64,000 nucleotides of DNA, taken from contig OZ253496.1 of NCBI GenBank assembly GCA_965262115.1, forward strand, positions 2,208,001 to 2,272,000, given 5' to 3'. The position numbers and the translations under genes are program-made. The stretch's first letter is position 1. Every line of letters begins with the position of its first letter. Under the pieces are notes generated by a model that was given only the letters and a program-made list of their open reading frames with translations, did not search any database and was not told the origin of the DNA. This DNA comes from Nitrospinales bacterium (GTDB lineage: Bacteria > Nitrospinota > Nitrospinia > Nitrospinales > VA-1). This document shows positions 50,230-62,439 of the stretch, in pieces.

Positions 50230-51444
50230 CTATTCGGCCCTGGGGGCTTTTTTTACTTGAGTTAGAGAGAGTCCCATTAAAAAATATAGCAACATTGCAA
50301 CTTCCGAGTCATAGATATTGGTCTCGAAAAAACCTCCAACTATAAAACCAAGAACCGTTGCTGAGGAGCCCAACAATAGACCCTCGACATTGCCCTGAGA
50401 CGTTTCCTTATGCAAAATCCGCCGGCGCTTAAAGATTTCAATGAAATATGTTGCCCAGATTGAAAGCCAGGTCCCCAGCCCTACAACTCCAGTATCCACC
50501 AGCAATTGCAGTATATTATTGTGCATTCCCATTAAACGCGCAACATATCCGGAAGAATCCGGATATTGAGAATGAATTGAATCCACACATTTAAAGCTGC
50601 ACCCTGTGACAGGGTGGTCCTTGAAAATTTTCCATCCTACTTTCCACAAAGACACCCTTATCTGTAATCCTCCATTTTCCATGTCTGTCATAGTAAGCAT
50701 GCGATCTTTAAGACCTGCAGGAGCAAATAATAGGCCTGCCAGCAATAATGGAATGATCAAAAGATATTTTTTGCTACAGAAGAACAGAAGAAATACTGTC
50801 CCCGTAAAAAAACCAAGCCAGGCTTGTCTTGTTAAAGTCAACAGAAGACAAAGGCTGATAATCCCCAGACTCCCCAATACCCAATATTCTTTGGGCTTGT
50901 GAAACAAAAACCTTCCCAATGCCATCAACCCCGCAAGCATTAAAACTCCTGAAAAAGTAGATGGCATGCTCATTGTGCCCAGGAGCCGTTGGGGTGAATA
51001 ATAACCCTGTGCCCAAAATGGAAAGAGCCCATTCAAAGCCGCAACAACTCCGGCGGCAATAACCAGCCCAATTAATAAGTCCCTTTGTTTTTCATCCTGA
51101 GCCGTATTAGCCACCCAAAAGAATATGACAAATTGAAGTAGTTTTTTTAGGTGCTTCAAACTGCTTTCCAAATCAACCGCAGTTATTAACGCTAAAAAAC
51201 AGGCCAGGCAAAAACACAAGATGGCAATACCAACCAGCGTACCTCTCAGTTCTTTCCATGATTTGGTCAAGTGGGCCTTAAGCAGCCATGCAAATGCTCC
51301 AATAGCAAATGATATCTGGGTGACGCTAATAGAAAACATGGAGAAAACGGCAAACGTGCACAAGGAAAATTGAATCAGTTTGTCCAGGACTGGAACCACA
51401 CGGCCTGTTCCGGATGAGTTAGTGTCAGGTAGAAGTTTTTCCAC
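50230..51444 (-). CDS. O-antigen ligase family protein
   Basis: Multi-TM protein; TLTRQAWLG, RVSLW, HPVTG, MHNNILQ. Confidence 0.88.
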   Translation of the reverse strand: MEKLLPDTNSSGTGRVVPVLDKLIQFSLCTFAVFSMFSISVTQISFAIGAFAWLLKAHLTKSWKELRGTLVGIAILCFCLACFLALITAVDLESSLKHLKKLLQFVIFFWVANTAQDEKQRDLLIGLVIAAGVVAALNGLFPFWAQGYYSPQRLLGTMSMPSTFSGVLMLAGLMALGRFLFHKPKEYWVLGSLGIISLCLLLTLTRQAWLGFFTGTVFLLFFCSKKYLLIIPLLLAGLLFAPAGLKDRMLTMTDMENGGLQIRVSLWKVGWKIFKDHPVTGCSFKCVDSIHSQYPDSSGYVARLMGMHNNILQLLVDTGVVGLGTWLSIWATYFIEIFKRRRILHKETSQGNVEGLLLGSSATVLGFIVGGFFETNIYDSEVAMLLYFLMGLSLTQVKKAPRAE

Positions 51445-51631
51445 TTTCTAAAATGAGGGGTTGCGCGATCTTCGCATATTTGCCGACGATTGAAAAAAGG
51501 GCTTTACGCTACCAGCAAAAGCCCTTTCTTCGAAAATCGAGTATAGTTATGAACTACAGTCAGGTTCAATCCAAAAAATATTTTACATGGAATATTAACA
51601 AAATTGGGAAGGGATATCCAAAGATATTCAG

Positions 51632-52516
51632 TTACTTGAGCGCTGAGTTCAGACATTCCTGTAATGCATCCTGCCACTGGGGCATTTCATGGTGGAAGAC
51701 CTGTTTTAATTTTCTGTTCGAAAGCAGTGAATTTCTGGGGCGAACCGCAGGAGTGGGATATTCGATAGTGGGGATGGGAACTACTTCTGTGCCTTCTAAA
51801 AAGCCAGAAAGTTCAAGGATTTTATTTGCAAAACCAAACCAACTGGTCTTCCCGCCACACGACATATTAAAAATTCCTGAATGGGAAAATACTTGGGATT
51901 TTGGAGTGCTTTCTTTTAGGCATTGTTTCAGGATTTGCGCTGTACCCTTGGCAATAGCCCGTGCCCATGTGGGGCCTCCTGTCTGATCATCAACAACTTT
52001 TATCTGCTTTCTGGTTTGAGCCAGTTTTTGCATAGTGAGAAGAAAATTGTTACCTCTCAAGCTATACACCCAACCGGTTCTAAGTATGATATGGGGAATG
52101 CCAGCTTGAATCACACCTTTTTCCCCAGTCAGCTTGGACTTTCCATAAACATTTAAGGGGCAGATGGGATCCTCTTCTTTATAAGGGGATGTCGATTTCC
52201 CATCAAAAACATAATCAGTGGAATAGTGAATCATCCCCGCGCCTATTTTTTTGGCTTCCTCGGCGATCACTCCTGGCGCGATTCCATTGACGGTCATGGC
52301 CAGTTCAGGCTCCGACTCTGCTTTATCCACTGCGGTGTAAGCAGCAGCATTTATAATAATATTCGGCTCGATCTCCTGAATGATAGAGCCCAGGGTTTCC
52401 GGTTTGGAAAGGTCCATCTCGTTTCTACTCATCACAAAAACAGTTCCCAGCTTAGAGAGCGAGTGGTTCAACTCCCAGCCCACTTGTCCGTTTTTTCCTG
52501 TCAGAAGAATTTTCAT
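51632..52516 (-). CDS. rfbD: dTDP-4-dehydrorhamnose reductase
   Basis: GKNGQVG, AAYTAVDKAE, STDYVFDG, YGKSK. Confidence 0.95.
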   Translation of the reverse strand: MKILLTGKNGQVGWELNHSLSKLGTVFVMSRNEMDLSKPETLGSIIQEIEPNIIINAAAYTAVDKAESEPELAMTVNGIAPGVIAEEAKKIGAGMIHYSTDYVFDGKSTSPYKEEDPICPLNVYGKSKLTGEKGVIQAGIPHIILRTGWVYSLRGNNFLLTMQKLAQTRKQIKVVDDQTGGPTWARAIAKGTAQILKQCLKESTPKSQVFSHSGIFNMSCGGKTSWFGFANKILELSGFLEGTEVVPIPTIEYPTPAVRPRNSLLSNRKLKQVFHHEMPQWQDALQECLNSALK

Positions 52517-52556
52517 GAATGGAATGCTTTTGTGGAAGATGCGTGGAGTAAAGAGA

Positions 52557-53861
52557 TTAAGCTTTGATAATCTTTTTGGATTTTATACCTTTGCAGGCGT
52601 TGCGAGTATCAATAACGATTTTTGAATTTTTTACGATATTTTCGTAGTTGTAATCCGAGTGGTTTATCAAGATAGCAGTCAGATCATATGAGCCTAAATC
52701 ATTTAAGGGCACGCTTTTTCCCCCTATAAGTTTTTCATGCTCTCTGGTTTGTTTGATTTCCGGGATGAACGGGTCGTTGTAGTCAACATGCGCGCCCTGT
52801 TTTTGCAGTAAATTGATTATTTTATAAGTGACAGATTCGCGTTCGTCATCTACGTTTTTCTTGTAGGCCAGCCCCAATAACAAAATACGACAATCACTTA
52901 TTTTCTTTTCTGCTCGATTTAGTGCAGACAATATTTTTTCTACCACATAGTCGGGCATGGATATATTCACTTCTCCAGCCAGTTCTATGAACCGAGTCGT
53001 TACCCCATATTCACGGGCTTTCCAGGTTAAATAGAAAGGGTCTATGGGGATGCAATGCCCTCCAAGACCAGGGCCCGGATAAAAAGGCATATATCCGAAA
53101 GGTTTGGTTTTTGCCGCTTCAATGACTTCCCACACATCTATGTCCATTTTTTCGAAGATTACTTTAAGTTCATTGACCAAAGCAATGTTCACGGCGCGGA
53201 AAATATTTTCCATCAGCTTTGTTGCTTCTGCTGTTTTAGTGCTCGAAACTGGGACCAATTTTTTAATAATTGTTCCATAAAGGGCAGAAGCAGTTTCCAT
53301 AGCTATTTCAGAATCCGCCCTAATTACTTTTGGGATGTCCGCTGTCTGGAAACTTGGATTGTTGGGGTCTTCACGTTCTGCAGAGTAAGCTACAAAAAAA
53401 TCTTGCCCTTGTTTCAAGTTGTTAGACGACTCCAATTCAGGGATCAGCACTTCTTCTGTTGTTCCTGGATAGGTGGTCGATTCCAGAACTATCAAAGTGT
53501 CTCGGGACAAATGCGGAGATATTTTTTGGGCCGTACTTATGATAAAACTCATGTCCGGCTCTCGCTGTTTTGTTAAAGGTGTTGGGACGCATAAAAGAAT
53601 GCAATCTAAATCTGATATAAGGGAGAAATCCGTGCTTGCCGCAAACCGATCCTCTCTAATCAGGGAATGAATATCCTCGGAAGGGATATGCTTGATATAA
53701 CTTCCTCCTTTCATCAATTGCTCAATTTTCTTTGTATCGATATCTAACCCTGTAACAGAAAAGCCAGCTTTGCCAAAAGCTAGGGCGAGGGGAAGCCCTA
53801 CATAGCCCAAGCCAACTACTCCGACTCTAGCGTCTTTGTTTTTGATTTTTTCTATGAGCAA
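52557..53861 (-). CDS. UDP-N-acetylhexosamine 6-dehydrogenase (WbpA-like)
   Basis: GLGYVGLP, ESTTYPG, GPGLGGHCIPIDP. Confidence 0.9.
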   Translation of the reverse strand: MLIEKIKNKDARVGVVGLGYVGLPLALAFGKAGFSVTGLDIDTKKIEQLMKGGSYIKHIPSEDIHSLIREDRFAASTDFSLISDLDCILLCVPTPLTKQREPDMSFIISTAQKISPHLSRDTLIVLESTTYPGTTEEVLIPELESSNNLKQGQDFFVAYSAEREDPNNPSFQTADIPKVIRADSEIAMETASALYGTIIKKLVPVSSTKTAEATKLMENIFRAVNIALVNELKVIFEKMDIDVWEVIEAAKTKPFGYMPFYPGPGLGGHCIPIDPFYLTWKAREYGVTTRFIELAGEVNISMPDYVVEKILSALNRAEKKISDCRILLLGLAYKKNVDDERESVTYKIINLLQKQGAHVDYNDPFIPEIKQTREHEKLIGGKSVPLNDLGSYDLTAILINHSDYNYENIVKNSKIVIDTRNACKGIKSKKIIKA

Positions 53862-53964
53862 GAGATTTCCTTAGATTGATTTGTGATGTTAAAGGTTGAC
53901 AACATTTATCTCTGCGTTGGACAGCTAATATTCTAACAAGAGAGCTTATTAACAATCTCCTGCT

Positions 53965-54975
53965 TTATGAAGGATGGTAATAAGCCATATACCATTCGAT
54001 AAACTTTTTAATCCCTGATTCAATAGAATATTTTGGGGCATACCCAAAATCATGGACGAGACTATGAACATCAGCATGAGATTTTAAAAAATCACCATCC
54101 TGCATGGGCATCAGGTTTAATTTGGCTTTCATCCTGAGATTTTTTTCGATTTCATGAATGTAGTCCATCAACTTAACTGGTGCATTGGACCCTATATTGT
54201 AAAGCCTGTAAGGTGCAGATGATGTGGCCGGATTAGGTTTGTCACTATTCCAGTTGGGATCTGGTTTGGGTGATTTGTTGGCTATTTTTATGACTCCTTC
54301 TACGATATCGTCAATATAAGTGAAATCGCGTTCCATATCTCCGCGGTTATAAACATCGATGGGTTGTGAAGCCAAAATAGCTTTCGTAAATAAAAATAAG
54401 GCCATATCGGGTCTTCCCCAGGGACCATAAACGGTAAAAAACCTGAGTCCAGTTGTGGGGATTCCATAAAGATGGGAATAGGAATGAGCCATCAGTTCAT
54501 TGGCTATTTTTGTGGCTCCGTAAAATGAAACAGGGTGGCTGACGTTATCTTCAACAGCAAACGGATATTTTGTACTGAGTCCGTATGCTGAGCTGGAAGA
54601 AGCATAGATAAGATGTTCTACCGCGTTGTAGCGGCAGCCCTCTAGGATGTTGAACGTTCCTACAATATTTCTTTGAACATAGACTTCCGGGTGCTGGATT
54701 GAGTAACGAACGCCAGCCTGCGCGGCAAGATGAATTACCTTTTGAGGCTCTTCTTTTTGAAATAATTGTTCAATCGCTTCTTTGTCTTCCAGATTGTTTT
54801 CGTAGAATGCGAATTGTTCGTGATCTTTAAGGATTTTCAAGCGGTCTTTTTTTAGATTAATGTCATAGTAGTCATTGAGATTGTCCAGTCCGATCACCTC
54901 GTGGCCAGAATCGAGCAATCGTTTAGAAACGTGAAAGCCAATAAAGCCCGCCGTTCCAGTAACTAAGATTTTCAT
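53965..54975 (-). CDS. UDP-uronate 4-epimerase (NAD-dependent)
   Basis: GTAGFIG, HLAAQAGVRYS, YGATK, YGPWGRPDMA. Confidence 0.9.
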   Translation of the reverse strand: MKILVTGTAGFIGFHVSKRLLDSGHEVIGLDNLNDYYDINLKKDRLKILKDHEQFAFYENNLEDKEAIEQLFQKEEPQKVIHLAAQAGVRYSIQHPEVYVQRNIVGTFNILEGCRYNAVEHLIYASSSSAYGLSTKYPFAVEDNVSHPVSFYGATKIANELMAHSYSHLYGIPTTGLRFFTVYGPWGRPDMALFLFTKAILASQPIDVYNRGDMERDFTYIDDIVEGVIKIANKSPKPDPNWNSDKPNPATSSAPYRLYNIGSNAPVKLMDYIHEIEKNLRMKAKLNLMPMQDGDFLKSHADVHSLVHDFGYAPKYSIESGIKKFIEWYMAYYHPS

Positions 54976-55049
54976 AATCGGATTAAGTTTTTACTTATCA
55001 AGGGAACGATGTTTCTTTGTGGTGGTCGATTTCCTAACATATCCAGTAT

Positions 55050-55928
55050 TTATTTTTCTCTAGAAATCATACGCATAAGATATTGACCATATCTATTTTT
55101 ATTCAGTGATCGAGCGAGTTTTTCCAGATCTTCTGCTGTGATCCAACCTTTACTGTAAGCAATTTCTTCGGGACAACAGACCATCAGTCCTTGCCGCCGT
55201 TGAATGGTTTCTATAAAGTTGGCGGCATCCAGCAGGGATTCATGAGAGCCTGTATCCAGCCAGGCGAACCCGCGACTCATCTTCTCAACGGATAGTCGCG
55301 ATTGCTCAAGATATACCCGGTTGACATCGGTGATCTCCAGTTCCCCCCGTGCCGATGGTTTAATGGAAGAGGCGATGTCGACAACCTGATTGTCATAAAA
55401 ATATAGTCCGGTAATGGCATAATTTGATTTAGGTTCAAGAGGTTTTTCCTCAACGCTGGCGACTTTATTATCAGGACCAAACTCGGCCACCCCATAATTT
55501 TGCGGGTCCTTCATCCAATAGCCGAAAACGGTGGCACCCGTTTTCTGTTTCCGGGCCTTCTCCATGAGTTCGGGTAGCTCGTGACCATAAAATATATTAT
55601 CACCAAGGATCAAACTGCATCCATCTTTGCCGATAAAGTTTTTCCCAATGATGAATGCCTGAGCCAGACCATCAGGACTGGGCTGGACTCCATAACTGAT
55701 ATTGGCTCCCCACTGGCTTCCATCTTTCAACAATTCTTTGAATAGAGGCTGGTCTTGAGGCGTGGTGATGATAAAGATATCCCGGATATCAGCCAGCAGG
55801 AAGGTGCAGAGCGGATAATAGATCATCGGTTTGTCATAGAGAGGCATCAACTGCTTACTGACAACCTGGGTCAATGGATAGAGCCGGGTTCCCGAGCCTC
55901 CCGCTAAAATGATTCCTTTGTTGATCAT
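55050..55928 (-). CDS. rfbA: Glucose-1-phosphate thymidylyltransferase
   Basis: [28 protein letters not shown]. Confidence 0.96.
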   Translation of the reverse strand: MINKGIILAGGSGTRLYPLTQVVSKQLMPLYDKPMIYYPLCTFLLADIRDIFIITTPQDQPLFKELLKDGSQWGANISYGVQPSPDGLAQAFIIGKNFIGKDGCSLILGDNIFYGHELPELMEKARKQKTGATVFGYWMKDPQNYGVAEFGPDNKVASVEEKPLEPKSNYAITGLYFYDNQVVDIASSIKPSARGELEITDVNRVYLEQSRLSVEKMSRGFAWLDTGSHESLLDAANFIETIQRRQGLMVCCPEEIAYSKGWITAEDLEKLARSLNKNRYGQYLMRMISREK

Positions 55929-55940
55929 ATTGAATGTTCT

Positions 55941-57002
55941 TTAGGATTTTTCAAGACCCAAACGTTCCCCTCTGTAGGCGCCAGACATGACCCGGCTTGT
56001 CCAGTCCTTGTTGTCCAGATACCAGATCACGGTTTTTCTTAAGCCGGTTTCAAAGGATTCCTTGGGAACCCAGCCCAGTTGATTTTGAATCTTGCTTGCG
56101 TCAATGGCATAGCGCCGATCATGCCCTGGACGGTCCTCGACAAATCTGATCAGATTTTTATGCGGTCGGTGTGGAGAGTCCGGTACCTTTTCATCCAGGA
56201 TATGGCATAGAGTCTCGATAACGTCCAGATTGGTTTTTTCATTATGCCCGCCAATATTATAAACCTGCCCTACGGTTCCTTTTTCTAGAACTTCGAGAAT
56301 GGCCCGGCAATGATCCTCAACATACAGCCAGTCCCTTATCTGCTTTCCGTCCCCGTATACAGGAAGGGGTTCCCCGGACAAGGACTTGTTAATCATCAGC
56401 GGCAGGAGTTTCTCGGGAAACTGATAGGGGCCATAGTTATTAGAACAATTGGTGGTTAGTGTCGGAAGGTTAAATGTTTTGTGATAAGCTCTCACCAGAT
56501 GGTCGGAGGAGGCTTTGGATGCGGCATACGGCGAGTTCGGGGCGTATGCAGTTTCTTCCGTAAACAAGCCGGTTCCTCCCAAAGATCCATAAACTTCATC
56601 GGTAGAAATATGCAGGAACCTGAAATTGCCCTTTCGGGTTTTGTCTAATCCTTGCCAGTACCCACAGGCGGTTTCCAGAAGCTCAAAGGTTCCCACTACG
56701 TTAGTTTGAATGAAGTCTCCCGGTGTTTCAATGGATCGGTCGACATGCGATTCGGCGGCAAAATGAACCACCGCATCGATTTCATGTCCTCCAAATAATG
56801 TTCTTAATTTGTTTTTGTCGCAGATATCACCCTGTACAAACTCATAATTACTGTCACCTTCTACTGATGCTAGAGTGTCGAGATTTGCCGCATAGGTCAG
56901 TTTGTCATAATTGATTATTTTTACCTGCCCGGTTTTCATCAGGTTCAAGATAAAGTTTCCACCGATAAAACCGGCACCACCCGTAACAAAAAATGTTTTC
57001 AT
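55941..57002 (-). CDS. rfbB: dTDP-glucose 4,6-dehydratase
   Basis: TGGAGFIG, AAESHVDRS, STDEVYG, YAASK; start taken at MKTFFVTG. Confidence 0.95.
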   Translation of the reverse strand: MKTFFVTGGAGFIGGNFILNLMKTGQVKIINYDKLTYAANLDTLASVEGDSNYEFVQGDICDKNKLRTLFGGHEIDAVVHFAAESHVDRSIETPGDFIQTNVVGTFELLETACGYWQGLDKTRKGNFRFLHISTDEVYGSLGGTGLFTEETAYAPNSPYAASKASSDHLVRAYHKTFNLPTLTTNCSNNYGPYQFPEKLLPLMINKSLSGEPLPVYGDGKQIRDWLYVEDHCRAILEVLEKGTVGQVYNIGGHNEKTNLDVIETLCHILDEKVPDSPHRPHKNLIRFVEDRPGHDRRYAIDASKIQNQLGWVPKESFETGLRKTVIWYLDNKDWTSRVMSGAYRGERLGLEKS

Positions 57003-57142
57003 TTTTGTAAAAACCTGTCGGAAGGTGATAAAACAAGGTTTGCAGGAAACGCTTCGACTATCTCTGAGAAGTATAAGTGGTTGAATCCATACATTCAAGC
57101 TAATGCAACTGATAAAAACATTGTTTTAAATAATTCAGGATT

Positions 57143-57361
57143 ATGATGCGCTCTCCATCCATTGCAGTCGTTGTTGTTAATTGGAACTCAGGCCAATACC
57201 TGGAAAAATGTTTGCAAAGTCTTAAGGGTCAGGCTTTGCCTCCAACCCGGGTCCTGGTGGTGGATAATGCCAGTACAGATGGTTCTATGGATGGGCTTAA
57301 GCAAAAATTTAGTGATTGGGAATTTATACACTTGGCAAAAAATACAGGTTTTGCTTTATAA
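57143..57361 (+). pseudogene. Truncated GT2 glycosyltransferase
   Basis: VVVVNWN, VVDNASTDG, NTGFA then stop after 72 aa. Confidence 0.8.
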
Positions 57362-57681
57362 TCCAGTGGCCGATCAGATTAAATCCATAATCCTTAAAAC
57401 GCAAAACAAGCCATGATTGACGAGATTGATTATTTCCCCCGAAGAGACCGACATAATAAAAAGAAAAAAGTGGACTCGGGGTGGGGAGACCTGAAAAAAC
57501 AAAAATCTGAACAGGACAATAAAGCCCAGGATGAAAATAAGGAAAGTAGCAAGAAATCTCCTGTCAGGCAGAAAAAAACCATCAAATAAGACCCATCAAA
57601 ATTACCGGTTTGGACTGGTACCCCTCCGCTGTTATAATACCCGCTCATTCAACTTCAATTTTCCACGACAGGAGCCGGATA

Positions 57682-58971
<1,290 letters not shown>

Positions 58972-59078
58972 CCGCTACTCGGCGTGGGGCCAACAACAAT
59001 AGCTTGTTACCGCTTTCAAATTGCGTTGGCGGCTTAATGGGGCCGAGATAACCTTTTGCTTGCCTGGGAAAGCTGTTG

Positions 59079-60611
59079 CTAGTTACCACCGGGCGTTGCC
59101 CGGAGTTCTGACTTTAAAATTTTCCCGGTTGCGGTTTTTGGCAGGGACTCCATGAACTGAAAAAGGTCGGGGATCATGAAGGTGGGCAATTTCTCCCGGC
59201 ACAGTTCTTTCAGTTCCTGTTCGGTGGCTTGAGTCCCTTCACGCAAAACGGCAAACACTTTTACTTTTTCTCCCACCCGTTCATCAGCAATGCCCACAGC
59301 CGCCACTTCGATGATTGCAGGATGATTCATTAAAGCGTTTTCAATCGCCAGGGGTGATACGTTTTCCCCGGCACGAATTATAAGGTCTTTAATCCTGCCG
59401 ACAGAAATAAACAGCCTGCCCTTTTCATCGAGATGACCCAGGTCCCCGGTTCTGAACCAGCCATCGGCTGAAATGGTTGTTTCATCGGGCTTGTTCCAGT
59501 AACCTTTCATCACCGTTTCGCCGCGCACCCGGATCTCGCCGACTTCTCCCTGTTTGACCGGTTTCCCGGACTCATTGACTATTTCCAGTTCGACGTTGGG
59601 CAGGACGGGGCCGACTGAGCCAGGCACACTGCCGTCTTTCATCGTGTTCACGGCGATCACCGGCGATGTCTCGGTCAATCCATAACCTTCGATGACGGTG
59701 ACGCCCAATCCTTCTTCCACTTTTTTCAGCAGGGCCTCAGGCAGAGACGCGCCGCCGGAGATGCAATAGCGCAAGGACGAAACGTCATATCCTCCACGTG
59801 CATAAAGTTGCACAAGAAAAGAGTAAATGGTCGGCACCAGCGGTAAAATTGTCGCTTTGTGTTGGGCGATGGATTCCAATATGGTTTTAGGTTGAAACTG
59901 TTTCAGTAAAATAAGGGTGGCTCCCGAACGCAATAATACCAGTGCCATGATGTTTCCAAACGAATGGAACAGGGGCAGGGCGACGATCACTTTATCTTCC
60001 GGGGTAAACTGCAGATGCTCTAAAAACCCGGTGCAGTTGGTGTCGAACTGGTTCTCTTCCAGCATGACCCCTTTGGGTTTGGCGGTGGTGCCGGATGTGT
60101 AGAGGATGACATCGGGGAGGCTTTCGCCTCTTTTATGTTTCGTTAGAGAATCACTGGGGTCACCCAGAGCTATGAATTCGTCCCATTTCAGAGTTCCTTC
60201 TCCCACTTGTGTCGGGTCCGCCGGACCCACAAGGATTTTGTTGACAAAGAATTTGAAAAAGGAAGTGACTTCGGGTTTGACGAAGGCTGAGTCGACGATC
60301 AGGGTATCGATCCCCGCGTCCTGAGTGATGTAGACCATATCTTCCGGCTTCAGCATGAAGTTAAAAGGAATGACAGGAACGCCTTTGAGCAACGCGGCAA
60401 AAAAAGCAATGAGATATTCTTTCTGGTTCAGGCATAGCAAGCCGATTTTGCTGTTGGCGCCCAGTTCGAGTCTGGACAAGGCGCTGGCGAACCGTTCGAT
60501 CTGGGAAGCAAAATCGCCATAGCTTAAGGCAGTGTCTCCCTCGATAATCGCCGGGTGAGCCGGATTCTTTTTAGCGTGGGTTTTCAGGTATTGGTAAAAA
60601 GACAATTTCAA
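59079..60611 (-). CDS. Long-chain fatty acid--CoA ligase
   Basis: YTSGTTAKPKG, LPLFHSFG, EGYGLTETSP, TGDLG, PKTATGKI. Confidence 0.92.
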   Translation of the reverse strand: MKLSFYQYLKTHAKKNPAHPAIIEGDTALSYGDFASQIERFASALSRLELGANSKIGLLCLNQKEYLIAFFAALLKGVPVIPFNFMLKPEDMVYITQDAGIDTLIVDSAFVKPEVTSFFKFFVNKILVGPADPTQVGEGTLKWDEFIALGDPSDSLTKHKRGESLPDVILYTSGTTAKPKGVMLEENQFDTNCTGFLEHLQFTPEDKVIVALPLFHSFGNIMALVLLRSGATLILLKQFQPKTILESIAQHKATILPLVPTIYSFLVQLYARGGYDVSSLRYCISGGASLPEALLKKVEEGLGVTVIEGYGLTETSPVIAVNTMKDGSVPGSVGPVLPNVELEIVNESGKPVKQGEVGEIRVRGETVMKGYWNKPDETTISADGWFRTGDLGHLDEKGRLFISVGRIKDLIIRAGENVSPLAIENALMNHPAIIEVAAVGIADERVGEKVKVFAVLREGTQATEQELKELCREKLPTFMIPDLFQFMESLPKTATGKILKSELRATPGGN

Positions 60612-60715
60612 AATCCCTTGTTCAAGGAAATAATTTAAAAGGTATTATACCCCTGCGGAGCCTGAAGGCTAGCCTGGATTCAGTATGAATATTTTTATGC
60701 ATGAAATGAAAAACA

Positions 60716-60991
60716 TTATTGAACCACCCTCACCTCAGTCCTCTCCCCTGGGGGTAGACGTGATATCTCTCCTAAACATTCGTGCCCTGCAAGGGTAAGG
60801 TTGGGATGAGGGGGATGACATGGATGGAGTCTGTTGGTAGCGTTGATGTAATCGCGCAGAATCATTTTTCCGGTTTCTGCATCCCCGGCCAGTACGCTCT
60901 CAATACTTTCTTTGAGGAGTCCAGTGCGAAACTTTGAGTCCTTGAGCGCGCGCGCCTGAATGGTTTCTTTAAAATTTTTCGTTATAGCCAT
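60716..60991 (-). pseudogene. Addiction-module antidote-type regulator truncated by a palindromic repeat
   Basis: ITKNFKETIQARA...GDAETGKMILRDYINAT, after which the frame runs into repeat DNA at about 60725-60830. Confidence 0.6.
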
Positions 60992-61242
60992 GATTCATGA
61001 TGGTAGCATATAGGTTACTTTATTGTGAGTTTGATGATTAAAGTCTGGATTGCTTCACTCTGCTCGCAAAGACGATTTCAATAGAACCCCTGGTTGTAAA
61101 TTACCCCGGCCATCGAACGAAACGTGTTCCTATTGCTCAATTTTAAAAAAGAGGGGTAATAACGCAACCCCCCTGGTCCCCTTATCAGGGGGGATTTGGT
61201 GAAACCTCTTCAAGCCGAGAAAACTGCTGTTTACAGATAACG

Positions 61243-62151
61243 CTACGGCCCCATTTCCCCCGGGCGTTGCCCGGCCCACCGGGCGAAGAAACCGTTAGGA
61301 AGATTGAATCCGGATGATTGATCGGGGATGAACATTTCTCCCGTCTCGAAATTCCCGGTTTGGTGTGACGGGAAATAAGTCCGCAGCATATTTTCGAGAG
61401 TGAGTGCAGAGAATCCGGGCGAATGCGTGGTGAACAGCAAAAATGCCGGAGAATCGATGAGGATGTTCTGGCAGGCTTCCATGAATTTGGGCAGCATATT
61501 TTCGATGTTCCAGACTTCTCCTTTTGGTCCTCGTCCAAAAGAGGGCGGGTCCATGATGATGGCGTCATATTTCTTGCCGCGTCGGTGTTCTCTCTGCATA
61601 TATTTCATGGCGTCATCGACAATCCAGCGTACCGGACGGTCGTCCAGTCCGGAAAGTTCGAGATTGCGCCGGGCCCAGGTGACCGAGGCTTTGGAAGCGT
61701 CAATATGGGTGACGTGAGCCCCGGCCGAGGCCGCCGCAATGGTGCTGGCGCCGGTGTAGCCAAAAACATTAAGTACTTGTATTTTTGTGCCGTTAAGCTG
61801 TTTAAGCCGATCCATGATCCATAGCCAGTTGAGGGCCTGTTCGGGGAAAATTCCGATATGTCCGAATCCTGTGGGTTGGACTTTGAAGACGAGGTTATGG
61901 AACTGAATGGTCCATCCATCCTCAGGGAGCGGGGTGAAAAACTTCCATTTGCCGCCTGTATCTTTACCTTTAAAATATTTGTATTCTCCTTCCGCCTTTT
62001 TCCATTCTTTGGGAGAAAGGGATTTGGGCCAGATGGCCTGGGGTGCGGGACGGATGAAACGGTGTGGGCCTAATTGTTCGAGCTTCTGGAATAATCCAGT
62101 ATCGAGTAGCTGGTAGTCGAGGGGATAGTTTTGTGTTGGCGAATGGCCCAT
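61243..62151 (-). CDS. Class I SAM-dependent methyltransferase (RlmI/RlmK-like)
   Basis: HIGIFPEQ, LNVFGYTG, IMDPPSFGRG. Confidence 0.88.
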   Translation of the reverse strand: MGHSPTQNYPLDYQLLDTGLFQKLEQLGPHRFIRPAPQAIWPKSLSPKEWKKAEGEYKYFKGKDTGGKWKFFTPLPEDGWTIQFHNLVFKVQPTGFGHIGIFPEQALNWLWIMDRLKQLNGTKIQVLNVFGYTGASTIAAASAGAHVTHIDASKASVTWARRNLELSGLDDRPVRWIVDDAMKYMQREHRRGKKYDAIIMDPPSFGRGPKGEVWNIENMLPKFMEACQNILIDSPAFLLFTTHSPGFSALTLENMLRTYFPSHQTGNFETGEMFIPDQSSGFNLPNGFFARWAGQRPGEMGP

Positions 62152-62228
62152 AAATGTTGAAAACCTTTAAGCACTGCTATAGGATAATAATTTCAAGGTC
62201 TTACTATTAACAAATGCCCTGTTTGGAG

Positions 62229-62436
62229 GAGACCTTTGCATAACCCAAGATTTACCCCTGCGGGGCACGAAGTTTAAGGAAAAACATCACGTCTTCGTTG
62301 CAATAGCTCCTCAGAATGACAAAATAGCCTTTTATTGTCATGCTGAGCTAGTGATACTCGACCTTTGCCTTCTTGCCCCGGAGGGGTGTGTCGAAGCATC
62401 TCGCTTTTCTGCTTTATAGACTTACGCAAAGGTCTC
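62229..62436. mobile_element. MITE copy 4 (208 bp)
   Basis: GAGACCTTTGCATAA...TTACGCAAAGGTCTC; perfect 9-bp duplication TGTTTGGAG at 62220-62228 and 62437-62445. Confidence 0.92.
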
Positions 62437-62439
62437 TGT

